A stretch of DNA of 64,000 nucleotides from an uncultured Alphaproteobacteria bacterium (lineage in GTDB: Bacteria; Pseudomonadota; Alphaproteobacteria; CAAGCB01; CAG-977): contig CALXYE010000132.1 of the NCBI GenBank assembly GCA_944392845.1, forward strand, positions 725 to 64,724, in the 5' to 3' direction. Shown piece by piece: positions 20,946 through 30,519 of the stretch (within the stretch, counting starts at the first letter, position 1; each line of letters opens with the position of its first letter). Both the position numbers and the translations under genes were made by a program. The notes under the pieces were generated by a model. It was given only the letters and a program-made list of their open reading frames with translations. It searched no databases and had not been told where the DNA came from.

Positions 20946-23900
20946 TTACAGAAATTCCGTTATTTCCGTCAGTCTTGTTTCTTCCGTCCAGATCAGGAAC
21001 GAGCGGATCTTTTTGTCGGGCCAGATCTTTTTTAAAACGTCCGCGTAGGCTCGCGCTTGGGCAAGGTAGGGTTCGGGCGTTTCGGCGGCGCTTTTCGGGA
21101 CGGCGCGGTTGCTTTTGTAATCGGCGGCCAAAACTTCCGTTTCCGTGACGGCCAGACGGTCGATTCTGCCGCTGACGATTCTGCCGTTTGCCAATCCCGA
21201 AACGGGGACTTCGGCCAATGAATCCGCGGAAAATAAGAAACTAAACTCGGGATGCTCCAAAATGTTCATGACGTCGGAAACAATTTTTGAACGTTCCGCC
21301 GCCGTTGCGTCGGGCATCCTTTTTTCCGTCAGTCGTTTCGCTGCCGTTCTGCGTTCTGAAAGCATGACAAAAGGCAGGGTTTCAAGTAAAGTGTGAATCA
21401 TCAAGCCGCGCTTGACGGCTTTTTCCCTGTCCGGCATTAACGGGGACAGAAAGGACGGGTCTTCATCGTCGGGGCGGGACGGAGCCAAGGGTTTGGGCGG
21501 GATCGGTTCGTCCGGCGCGGGACGGAACAAACAGGCGGGAATTTCTTTTTCAGGCAGAGTTGCAGAAACGTTTTCTGAAGTTTTTTCCGCGGCCGTTTGG
21601 GGGGATTCTATCCTTAAAACGGGTTCGTCAAACATCGGATCATTGACCTCTGTCGCGGCATAAACCGTTTTATCGCCGTCGTTTTCAAGAATCAGGGACG
21701 ACCTGACCATATCGTACCAATTTCCCGCGGGCGGTTTGTTCTTGCCGTCCCAGCCGCACAGATAAAGCCTGTCCGCCGCGCGGGTCAGAGCGACGTAAAG
21801 CAGGCGGTTATATTCCTCTTTTTCTTTCGCGTTCAGCTCATCCGTCGTTTTTTGCGCTTCGGCGTTTCGGAAGGGGGCTTTCGGCACCCAAACGGGAACG
21901 TTTTTGCCGTTCAGTATGAAAAACGACGGCGAATGTTTTTTGTATTGCCGCGTATCGGGCAAAAAGACGACGGGAGCCTGCAAGCCTTTTGAAGCGTGGA
22001 CGGTCATGATTCTGACCGCGTCGAAATTCTTTTGGTCGGGATCGCGCTTGATTTCGATTTCGTTTTTACGCAGGTATTTCAGGAAATTCTGCAAAGACGG
22101 CGCTTCGGTTTCGTCGCGGTTCAAGGCCAGCGACAGGAATTCATCCAAGGCGTCCGCCGCCTGATACCCCAAACGGGACAGAAAGGCCTTCTTTTTGCCG
22201 CAGGCGCCCAAAACGTAAGAATAAAGTTCGAACGGGCGCATTTTGTCCGCGCGATTTAAAAGATCGCTTAAAAAAACGTAGGCTTTGCCCAAAGCCGTTT
22301 CGGGCTCGCCCTTATATGCGGCCAGCCGCGTTAAAAGCGTTTGATTTTTTCTGTCGTAAGCCAGCTTGAACAGATCGTCTTCGGACACGTTGCACAGCGG
22401 AGAGCGCAAAACGGTCGCCAAAGCCAGATCGTTTTCGGGCAGCAGGAGAAAATCGCCCAATACCGCCAAATCCTTTACGGCGATATGGGACGTTATTTTT
22501 AAACGGTCAACGCCCGATACGGGGATGTTCAGGGCTTTTAAGGCGCGGGAAAGTTCTTCAACGAACGCGTTGCGGCGGCGCACCAGAATTAAAACGTCGC
22601 CCGCGCGTATCGGACGTCCTAATGAAGGCAGGCGTTCCTTGGCGTTTATCATGGCGGCGATTTTTTTCGCGATCTTTTCCGCCAATCGCGTCGAAGCGTT
22701 TTTGACGACGATCTGCTCAACGGGCTTCGTATAGATTTCCGGCGTATCGCCTTCCGCCGCTTTTTCGGGCGGCCAGATCTCGATCAGTCCCGCCTGTCCC
22801 TTTCGTCGGGACAGATGCGTCGCGTCTTCTCCGTCGTTCAGGACGCCGCGCGCGGCTTCGGGATTTTTAAGCGTGCGGTTGACTAATTCAATAACGGCGG
22901 GCGTCGAGCGGAAAGAAATGTACATCGGCACGTCATGCCATTTTTTACCCGCGTCTTCGGCTTTTTTTCGGAAAAAGGCGCGCATCCGTTCAAATTCGTC
23001 GGGGTCGGCGCCCTGAAAACTGTAGATGGATTGTTTTTTATCGCCGACGGCAAATATCGTTCTGTCCGATCGGCGCGCACCGTCGCCCGCGAAAAATTCT
23101 TCGGCCAAAGCGCGCACGACGGCCCATTGGTCGGGGCTGGTATCCTGGGCTTCGTCAACCAAAATATGGTCAATGCCGCCGTCCAGCTTGAACAGTACCC
23201 ATGCCGCCGCGCCCGATTTTTCCAACAGACGCCGCGCCGCCGCGATCAGGTCGTCGTAATCCGCGACCGAGCGTTCGTTTTTCAATTCGGCGTAACGGCG
23301 CATGACCGCGATGCCGATCCTGACCAGAGCCAGCGACGCCTTTAAAAGGGTCGCGCTTTTCAGGGCGTCGCAAAATGCCAGAACGCGCGCCGCTTCTTCG
23401 CGCATCGTGTCTTCGGCGGCTTCCGTCCCCTTATGCGTCAATCCGTCCCGAATTTTTGAAAAATCGGCCGTTAAAAAACAACGCGCGTATTTGCGCCAGT
23501 TTTCCTTGCGTTTGCTTTCGTTCGCGTTAAGGAATTCTTCGATATTCATGGCGTTTTTTTTGTCGGTGACGCCCGTTCCCGCCGCCAGAATTGCGGCAGC
23601 GGTTCTCATCGCATTTTCCCGCGACGCGTCAAGGCGGCAGAAATCCGCCGTCAGACTTTCTTCCGAAGCGTCTTCGGGAAGGCCGAAGGCTTTCGCGTAT
23701 TCCCGTTTCAGGGCTTCTTCCGTCGGGCAGCGCCGCGCCAATTCTTCCGTTTCGCGCAAGTGAAAAGTCATGTCTTTTAAAACGCTTGCGAATCCGTCTT
23801 CGGTCGTCATCGCCGAAACGGTATCAAGGGGTTCGGCAAATTCGGGGCGGCTCAACACGTCTTCTTCGGCGCGTTCGATCAGTTCGGAAGCGCCCTGTTC

Positions 23901-24341
23901 GTCCAAAACGTCGAATTGCGGCGAAACGCCCGCCTCTACGGGAAATCGTTTAAGTAAAGACTGGCAAAATCCGTGAATCGTCATAATGTTCATGCCGCCG
24001 GGGGCATCCAGCAGGCGGGCGAACAGGCGTTTGGCTTTTTCTGTTGTTTTCGCGTCGGGCGTTTTGCCCGACAAAGCGGTTAAGTCGGCTTCAAGCGCGC
24101 TTTCTTCGGCGGTTGCCCATCTTGCCAGAATTTCCGTTATGCGATTGGCCATTTCCGCCGCCGCCGTGCGCGTAAAGGTCAGGCAAAGTATCTTTTCGGG
24201 CGGCGTTCCGTCAAGCAACAGGTTTAACACGCGGTCGGACAAAACTTTCGTTTTACCCGATCCTGCCGAGGCCGCAACCCATGCCGAAGCGTCGGGAGCC
24301 GCCGCCGTCCTTTGAAGTTCGTTCGGATCGTTCGCGTTCAT
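20946..24341 (-). CDS. addA: Double-strand break repair helicase AddA (UvrD-like helicase plus C-terminal PD-(D/E)xK nuclease)
   Basis: Walker A GSGKTKVL, UvrD/Rep helicase motifs, and a C-terminal nuclease domain. Start placed at the ATG forming an ATGA overlap with the addB stop. Confidence 0.9.
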   Translation of the reverse strand: MNANDPNELQRTAAAPDASAWVAASAGSGKTKVLSDRVLNLLLDGTPPEKILCLTFTRTAAAEMANRITEILARWATAEESALEADLTALSGKTPDAKTTEKAKRLFARLLDAPGGMNIMTIHGFCQSLLKRFPVEAGVSPQFDVLDEQGASELIERAEEDVLSRPEFAEPLDTVSAMTTEDGFASVLKDMTFHLRETEELARRCPTEEALKREYAKAFGLPEDASEESLTADFCRLDASRENAMRTAAAILAAGTGVTDKKNAMNIEEFLNANESKRKENWRKYARCFLTADFSKIRDGLTHKGTEAAEDTMREEAARVLAFCDALKSATLLKASLALVRIGIAVMRRYAELKNERSVADYDDLIAAARRLLEKSGAAAWVLFKLDGGIDHILVDEAQDTSPDQWAVVRALAEEFFAGDGARRSDRTIFAVGDKKQSIYSFQGADPDEFERMRAFFRKKAEDAGKKWHDVPMYISFRSTPAVIELVNRTLKNPEAARGVLNDGEDATHLSRRKGQAGLIEIWPPEKAAEGDTPEIYTKPVEQIVVKNASTRLAEKIAKKIAAMINAKERLPSLGRPIRAGDVLILVRRRNAFVEELSRALKALNIPVSGVDRLKITSHIAVKDLAVLGDFLLLPENDLALATVLRSPLCNVSEDDLFKLAYDRKNQTLLTRLAAYKGEPETALGKAYVFLSDLLNRADKMRPFELYSYVLGACGKKKAFLSRLGYQAADALDEFLSLALNRDETEAPSLQNFLKYLRKNEIEIKRDPDQKNFDAVRIMTVHASKGLQAPVVFLPDTRQYKKHSPSFFILNGKNVPVWVPKAPFRNAEAQKTTDELNAKEKEEYNRLLYVALTRAADRLYLCGWDGKNKPPAGNWYDMVRSSLILENDGDKTVYAATEVNDPMFDEPVLRIESPQTAAEKTSENVSATLPEKEIPACLFRPAPDEPIPPKPLAPSRPDDEDPSFLSPLMPDREKAVKRGLMIHTLLETLPFVMLSERRTAAKRLTEKRMPDATAAERSKIVSDVMNILEHPEFSFLFSADSLAEVPVSGLANGRIVSGRIDRLAVTETEVLAADYKSNRAVPKSAAETPEPYLAQARAYADVLKKIWPDKKIRSFLIWTEETRLTEITEFL

Positions 24342-27181
24342 TCGTTGTCCTCCGCGTCCTCGGACGTTTTGACGACGCTCCATTCCGCCGTGCGCGCCAA
24401 ATGGTCGTAATCGGTGTATTTCAGGCTGAAAGCGGGATTGGGCGTCGCCAGATAAGGCGTTTCTTCGGAATCGAATTTTGCAACCAATTCCTTTAAATTG
24501 TCGGCGATGCGCTCTATTTTTTCTTCGGGTTCGGGCAACTGCTTTGTTTCGCCGCCGTCTTCCGCGCCGCGCAGGCGCCAGTATTCCAAAGCGACCCCTT
24601 TTTCGGGAACGGGAACGTCCTTAAAGCCGCCGCGGAGCAGGATGTGCGCTTCTAAGGGCAACTGCGGCGCATAGCCGGCGTCAATCGTCTTTTTTGAGGG
24701 GAGAATACCCGTTTTATAATCCAAAACGGCGGCGGAACCGTCTTTGAGCAAATCGATACGGTCGGCGCGGCCGAACAGTTCAAATTCGCCCGCGGGGGCG
24801 TCAAATCTGACGCTGCCGTCGCATTCGCAAAGGATATGCCTGATGTTGCCGATGCGTTGCCGCTGTTGCCCGACGAACCATAACAGGGCGCGGCGGATGC
24901 GCGGATGCCAGAACGCGGCGGCTTTGACGGGAAAATTTAGTGTTCGGATCAGCCGTTCGCCGATGTCCGAAATGATTTTTTCGGCATCGTCGGGCAGGGA
25001 AGACGGATAAAGCGAACAAAACGTTTCCGCCGCTTTGTGCAACAAGTCGCCGACGTCGGCGGGGGTCGGCGCTTCTTCAATGTCGTCCAAGGGCTTTAAG
25101 TTCAGGATGTAACGGGCATAGATCGAATACGGATCGCGCATCCACGTTTCAATCCGCGTAACGGACAATCGGCGCGGACGGGCGGAAACGGGAGGCTTCG
25201 GCGCGGGCGGCGCGATCGTTTCGAACTTTTCGGGGGCATCGAAGCGTTCCGCCCATTTGTTCCATTCGCCGCCGTTCATCGAAAGGTTTGACGACGACAG
25301 CACGGCGTCCAGCCGTCTCAGCCAGCGCGACGGAACCGTCGGCGTTCCGCCGTCTTTCAGCGCGCGGGTAATGATAACGTTCGGCGCGCAAAAGGCTTGG
25401 GCGAAGTCATGAGCGGCCAGCCCGATCTTTCTTTCCAAAGGAGGCAATCCGCATTCCCGACGCATCGGACGGCTCAGCCACGGGTCTGCGGGGGGCGTTT
25501 GGGGCCATGTGCCTTCGTTTAACCCGCCCAAGATTAATACGTCGGGACGGATCAGGCGCGCCTCCATGGATCCCAGGATGTCAATGCGCGGATGCATGCC
25601 GTATTTTAAACGGACCGGCACCGAGGACATAAAGGAATTGATCAGGCCGGCGTATTCAAAGGCGGAAAGCGGTTCGGCGATTTCCGATTCTTCTTTGAGG
25701 CCGTTGAACAAAGATACGGCGACTTCGCCCGCTTCAGCCTTCCACAGGCGTTCGGCTCCCGTCCTGTCCGCGCTTTGCGCCAGCGTTTCCGCCGCTTTCA
25801 AATGTGCGTTGAGCCACTCCGCAAGCGGGCGTTTTTCGGCGGATTGCATCAGCGACGTCAGTTCGCCCAGCGCCTTTTCAAGCGTTTCGGCGAGGGCGGC
25901 CGCATCGGGATCGTCGTTTGCCGATACTTTCAATCCGTCAAAGCCGTCGCCCGTCTGTTTGCCGCGCAGAGAAGAGATTTCCAACTTGCGGACAAGGGTT
26001 CTGAATTCGCCCTGAGGCTTTCCGCCCGTTGCCAAAGGATGTTTCAGACAGGCAAGCAGGGAATAAGGGGAAACGTTGTCCGCCGCCGCCTGCAATACCA
26101 AAGACAGATACGTTCCGAGAGGCGTTTTTGATAAAGGCGTCCCCGCCGAATCGTCCAAAACGACGTTCCAGCGCGCCATTTCCGCAATCACCCGCCGTGC
26201 GAGCGTTCTGTCGGGCGTGATCAGGGCTGCGGTTTTTCCCGCCGTTTCCAGCGTGTCGCGCAGGATCAGGGCGATTGTCAGAGCTTCGTCCCGCACCGTC
26301 GGGCAATCCAAACGCATTACGCCTTCCAACGCCGATTTATCGAACGGTTTTATTTTTCGCCACGCATCCGACGTTTCGGCGGGACGCATCGCTTCGCAAA
26401 TCAGGCGCAGGCGCTCGGACGGCGTTTTTCCTTCTTCCCTGCCGAAGGGTTTGACGTCTTTGCGCGTTATGCCCATTTTTTTCAGCAGGTTCATCATATT
26501 GTACTGCGGATGCGTCGCTTCCAGTCCTTTTAAAGCCTCGTCGTCGGAGATCAGATCAAGTCCGGGCAGTATGACGCGACCGTTCGGCAAAGAAGCGACG
26601 GCGTTCAGAAAATCCGCCGTTGCGGGTTGCGACCCCGTTGATCCCGCGGCGATCACGGGATAGGGCGGCGGCGTTTCGAGCCACAGATCGGCTTGAGCCT
26701 TAAAAAGGCGGGACTGGCGGTCGGCGGGGTCAATAAATCCTTGTTCTTTTAAGATCTGCGGCCAGTAAAAGGTTACCGTTTCCAAAAATTTCAGGATGTC
26801 CTGCCAATGTTCGGCAAATTCGTCGGGAACAAGGCTTTCCAAGCGTTCGAAAGGCATTCGTTCAATATAGGACTGGTCCAAAAAAGCGCAGAGGGCTTCC
26901 GCCAGCCGAAGCGCTTTTTCGGCGCTCAGATTTTTCGCTTCCGGATTTCTGCGGATCAGGCGCATTAAAAGCAGTTTTCGGCGCAAAGGAGAAATCGCGG
27001 GCGGTATGTCGTCATCTTTTCCCGCCAAAATCAGCGACGTTTCCGTTTCTTCGCCGTCAATGCCGCCGAAAGGAATCAGGCGGGGCAGAAGGACGGGTTT
27101 GCCGCCGCTTTGGCGCAAAAAAGCGTCCTGAACGGTTTTGCAGGCGCGGCGGGTCGGCAAAAAAACGGCGTATTTAGCCAA
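24338..27181 (-). CDS. addB: Double-strand break repair protein AddB (alphaproteobacterial type)
   Basis: 947 aa immediately upstream of and translationally coupled to addA. Inactivated-helicase-like N-terminus and C-terminal RecB-like nuclease region. Confidence 0.85.
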   Translation of the reverse strand: MAKYAVFLPTRRACKTVQDAFLRQSGGKPVLLPRLIPFGGIDGEETETSLILAGKDDDIPPAISPLRRKLLLMRLIRRNPEAKNLSAEKALRLAEALCAFLDQSYIERMPFERLESLVPDEFAEHWQDILKFLETVTFYWPQILKEQGFIDPADRQSRLFKAQADLWLETPPPYPVIAAGSTGSQPATADFLNAVASLPNGRVILPGLDLISDDEALKGLEATHPQYNMMNLLKKMGITRKDVKPFGREEGKTPSERLRLICEAMRPAETSDAWRKIKPFDKSALEGVMRLDCPTVRDEALTIALILRDTLETAGKTAALITPDRTLARRVIAEMARWNVVLDDSAGTPLSKTPLGTYLSLVLQAAADNVSPYSLLACLKHPLATGGKPQGEFRTLVRKLEISSLRGKQTGDGFDGLKVSANDDPDAAALAETLEKALGELTSLMQSAEKRPLAEWLNAHLKAAETLAQSADRTGAERLWKAEAGEVAVSLFNGLKEESEIAEPLSAFEYAGLINSFMSSVPVRLKYGMHPRIDILGSMEARLIRPDVLILGGLNEGTWPQTPPADPWLSRPMRRECGLPPLERKIGLAAHDFAQAFCAPNVIITRALKDGGTPTVPSRWLRRLDAVLSSSNLSMNGGEWNKWAERFDAPEKFETIAPPAPKPPVSARPRRLSVTRIETWMRDPYSIYARYILNLKPLDDIEEAPTPADVGDLLHKAAETFCSLYPSSLPDDAEKIISDIGERLIRTLNFPVKAAAFWHPRIRRALLWFVGQQRQRIGNIRHILCECDGSVRFDAPAGEFELFGRADRIDLLKDGSAAVLDYKTGILPSKKTIDAGYAPQLPLEAHILLRGGFKDVPVPEKGVALEYWRLRGAEDGGETKQLPEPEEKIERIADNLKELVAKFDSEETPYLATPNPAFSLKYTDYDHLARTAEWSVVKTSEDAEDNE

Positions 27182-27269
27182 AACGGAAGGATTGCCGCCG
27201 CTTTCCCTTAAAAGCTCCTCGCTTAAAACGTCCGCAAACGAATACAGCGGACTGATGCTGAAAACGCGC

Positions 27270-27995
27270 TTATCCGAAATGGCCGCCTCCGAAAACCTTT
27301 TCCGCCAGTTCCGCCGCTTCGGGCGTACCGACGTGGAACCAATCGCCGTCGTGGACGATACACTTCAACCGCCCCGCCTTTTCGGCTTTGTCATACAGCT
27401 CCGTCAGTCTGAACTTTCCGTCGGGAGAACCGTCAAACAGTCGCGGGCACAGGATCTGCGCTCCCGCGAAAACGTACGGCGCGGATGTTTCTCCCGCGAT
27501 GCGGCGGCGGGGCTTTCCGTTTTCGATGAAATAATCTCCCGTGCCGTCGTGTCCGAAAACGCGCGCCATCGGTTGAAGCATCAAAACGGCATCCGCCGTT
27601 TCGGGATCCCACGCCTTTTTCAAACGTTCCAAAGCGGGCTCGGCCGGTTCCGTCCACAGCGGATCCGAATTCAAAACAAAAAACGGCTCATTCCCTAATA
27701 AAGGCAGAGCCTTTTTAACGCCGCCGCCCGTTTCAAGAGCTTGTTCCTCGACGGAAAACGAAAACGTCATATCCGTCCGTTTTTCCAAGCGGGAACGGAT
27801 CGCTTCTCCCAAATAGCACAAATTGACGACACATTCGGAAACGCCTGCCGCTTTTGCCTTGTCCAATACATAATCAATCAGCGGCTTTCCCGCGACGCGC
27901 ACCAACGGTTTCGGCAGAGCGTCCGTCAGATGCTTCATCCGCGTGCCCCGTCCCGCCGCCAGAATCATCGCTTTTCTTATTTGATCAGCAGGCAT
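27270..27995 (-). CDS. murU: N-acetylmuramate alpha-1-phosphate uridylyltransferase (MurU-like sugar-1-P nucleotidyltransferase)
   Basis: AMILAAGRGTRM nucleotidyltransferase motif. Conserved position downstream of amgK. Confidence 0.75.
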   Translation of the reverse strand: MPADQIRKAMILAAGRGTRMKHLTDALPKPLVRVAGKPLIDYVLDKAKAAGVSECVVNLCYLGEAIRSRLEKRTDMTFSFSVEEQALETGGGVKKALPLLGNEPFFVLNSDPLWTEPAEPALERLKKAWDPETADAVLMLQPMARVFGHDGTGDYFIENGKPRRRIAGETSAPYVFAGAQILCPRLFDGSPDGKFRLTELYDKAEKAGRLKCIVHDGDWFHVGTPEAAELAEKVFGGGHFG

Positions 27996-28999
27996 TCGGG
28001 AATTCCTCTTTGTTCGGGGGGGATGTATTTGTTAAACCATAACTTTAAACCGCTTAAGGCGGGATGTTCCAGCGCCCGTTCCAGCAAACGCCACAAACGC
28101 GGAATGTGATGCAAATAGCGCGGCTTGCCGTCGCGGACGCACAGGCGCACGAAAATGCCGAGAACTTTGGCGTGCCGTCCCGCCGCCAAAACGGCCCAGG
28201 ACGTCAAAAACTTTTCCTTGTCGGGAATCCGTCCGCCCATGGCGTCTAAATAACGGTCCCGCATTTTGACAAACAATTCGGGCGATATGTCGCGCCGCGC
28301 GTCTTCCATCAGCGACATGACGTCGTACGAAACCGCGCCGTGCAAAGCATCCTGAAAATCCAAAAGCCCGCACGCCCTGACGCCCGTCCGTCCGTTCAGG
28401 CGCATCAGATTGTCAACGTGGTAATCGCGCAACACCATAGTTTGCGGCACTTCGCGCGCGAGAGGAAAGATTTCTTCCCATAACAGGGCATATTCATCGG
28501 CGATTTCCTTATCCGTTTGACGGCCGAACGCCGCGGGCATAAACCAGTCGGGAAACAGCATCGCTTCCTTTAACAGAGCTTCGTCGTCATAAAGCGGAAG
28601 ACCTTCGGGGACGACGTCTTTTTCGGGTTTCGAATGCATGTCCGCCAAAACGTCGACCGCCAAAGCGTACAGGCTTTCTTCGTTTTCGCCCGCGTTTAAC
28701 AGGCGGGTATATGTGGAATCGCCGAAATCCTCCAATAAAACGAAGCCGTTTTCCTCGTCTGCGGCGTACAGATGCGGCGCGCTGTAGCCGTTGTTTTCCA
28801 GCGCGCGGGCAACTTTGAGGAAGGGGCGGACGTTTTCCATGGGAGGCGGAGCATCCATGAAGACCATTGTTTCGCCGTCCTTTGAAAACAGCCTGTCATA
28901 GCGTCTGAATGACGCATCGGCGGCCAGCACGCGGCGTTCCGCATCTCCCCATCCGTTCGCGCGTAAAAATTCGGCGGCTAATTCCTCGCGGTCTTTCAT
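27977..28999 (-). CDS. amgK: Anomeric MurNAc/GlcNAc kinase AmgK (aminoglycoside phosphotransferase family)
   Basis: APH-like kinase (DYHVDNLM catalytic region). ATGA overlap with the tsaE stop. Conserved tsaE-amgK-murU synteny. Confidence 0.75.
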   Translation of the reverse strand: MKDREELAAEFLRANGWGDAERRVLAADASFRRYDRLFSKDGETMVFMDAPPPMENVRPFLKVARALENNGYSAPHLYAADEENGFVLLEDFGDSTYTRLLNAGENEESLYALAVDVLADMHSKPEKDVVPEGLPLYDDEALLKEAMLFPDWFMPAAFGRQTDKEIADEYALLWEEIFPLAREVPQTMVLRDYHVDNLMRLNGRTGVRACGLLDFQDALHGAVSYDVMSLMEDARRDISPELFVKMRDRYLDAMGGRIPDKEKFLTSWAVLAAGRHAKVLGIFVRLCVRDGKPRYLHHIPRLWRLLERALEHPALSGLKLWFNKYIPPEQRGIPECLLIK

Positions 29000-29472
29000 C
29001 TTTTTATCCGATCCAGTCTGTTTTCCCATGTTTTTCCGCACGGCGTTATGTCGATGCGGCGGGCATTTGCGTTTTCCGCCGCCCGAACGGCGATTTCCAA
29101 TCGGTTTTTCGGCAACAGCCGCTCCGCCCGTTCGGGCCATTCGATCAGGCAAACGCCGTCGGAAAGAGCGTCTTCAAATCCCAGTTCGTAAATTTCTTCG
29201 GCGCTTTTTATGCGGTACAGGTCGAAATGCCATACCGTTAGGGGCGTCCCGTCCTTTTTTTCTCCGTCATACGTTTGAACCAGCGTGAACGTCGGGCTGG
29301 GGACGTCTTCGTCCGGCAATCCGAGGGAACGGATAAACGCGCGTGAAAAAACGGTCTTTCCGGCGCCGAGGTCGCCGTACAGCGCAATAACGTCCCGCGT
29401 TGCGCAGGCTTCGGCGATTCGCGCGGCAAGAAGCTCTAATTCTGTTTGGGAAAGCGACGGAAAAGAAATCAC
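28996..29472 (-). CDS. tsaE: tRNA threonylcarbamoyladenosine biosynthesis ATPase TsaE
   Basis: Walker A GDLGAGKTVFSRA. ~158 aa. Confidence 0.85.
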   Translation of the reverse strand: MISFPSLSQTELELLAARIAEACATRDVIALYGDLGAGKTVFSRAFIRSLGLPDEDVPSPTFTLVQTYDGEKKDGTPLTVWHFDLYRIKSAEEIYELGFEDALSDGVCLIEWPERAERLLPKNRLEIAVRAAENANARRIDITPCGKTWENRLDRIKR

Positions 29473-29475
29473 GAC

Positions 29476-30426
29476 CTAGAAAACATCAAAGATGCTTTTC
29501 CCTTTTTTCTTCGGAACGGGAGGAGGGTCGGGAATCTTGACGTTTTGGCGTTCCTCCGCCATTTGCCGTTGCTGGGCGGCCCATTCCCACGGCATATAAA
29601 ACTGCCCCGCCCACAGGCCGCTTTGCTTTTGCCGTGCGGTGTCTTCATAGGGGATGTAAACGGGCGAAACGTCGCGCAAGGCGACGGCCCATCCCGCTTC
29701 GACCAAAACGGCTCCCAGATCGTACCGGTCAATGGAGCAACGGGCCGAAACGGCGCCTTGAGCCGATACCGTCATGACGGTACAGGTTACCTCGTCGCTG
29801 CCTAACAGATCTTTGAGCTTTCGGGCGACCGTATAACCGCAGTTGAACGCCCTGCCGTGGTCGTCCGTACAGGTTTGGTTAATGTCGGGCGCGGCGACGC
29901 CGAAAAGGCGGATCCATTGGTTTCCGATGCGGAAACGGTCGCCGCTGGCGATTGAATTGACGGGCCCCTTGATGACGGGTTGCTGTTGCGGCATCGGTTG
30001 AGCCTGCGGAACGGGTTGCGCCTGTTGGGGCGTCGCGCCGCCCAAGGCTTGAATCATCGGAGCGGCCCGGCTGATCATGCCGTTCGCCGCGCTTTGAGGC
30101 GGCTGTCCCTGAACGGGAAGAGCGGCGGGCTGAACCGTTGTCGCGGGGGGCTCGTTACCTTTGTTCAAAAATTTATTCAGCAGGTCGGAACCGCTGACAA
30201 AATAGAAAATGACGCCGACGATTACGGCCACAATGATGAACGTCGTCAGGCATCCCAATATCCGCCATAATCCCTTTGCCAAGAAGAAAAAGCATACGAC
30301 GGCGACCAACAGTCCCATTCCGCCGATGGCAAAATCGACGCCGTTGTTTTCGTTAAAGCTTAAACTTCCGACGTATGATCCGACCAAACCGACCAACAGA
30401 AGTACGATACGCAACAAAAAGCTCAT
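29476..30426 (-). CDS. Membrane-anchored protein with Pro/Gln-rich linker and C-terminal staphylococcal-nuclease (SNase-like) domain
   Basis: Three N-terminal TM helices, a low-complexity Q/P linker (QPPQSAANG ... QAQPMPQQQP), then a thermonuclease-like fold (RLFGVAAPD ... GRAFNCG ... LVEAGWAV). Confidence 0.6.
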   Translation of the reverse strand: MSFLLRIVLLLVGLVGSYVGSLSFNENNGVDFAIGGMGLLVAVVCFFFLAKGLWRILGCLTTFIIVAVIVGVIFYFVSGSDLLNKFLNKGNEPPATTVQPAALPVQGQPPQSAANGMISRAAPMIQALGGATPQQAQPVPQAQPMPQQQPVIKGPVNSIASGDRFRIGNQWIRLFGVAAPDINQTCTDDHGRAFNCGYTVARKLKDLLGSDEVTCTVMTVSAQGAVSARCSIDRYDLGAVLVEAGWAVALRDVSPVYIPYEDTARQKQSGLWAGQFYMPWEWAAQQRQMAEERQNVKIPDPPPVPKKKGKSIFDVF

Positions 30427-30519
30427 ATCCCGGCCCTTTTTGATAAAGCAAGGGACAACGGACGATGGTTATCCGTTGCCCCTGAAAAAACGAAAGATTC
30501 CTTTAAACACAGAAAGCTT

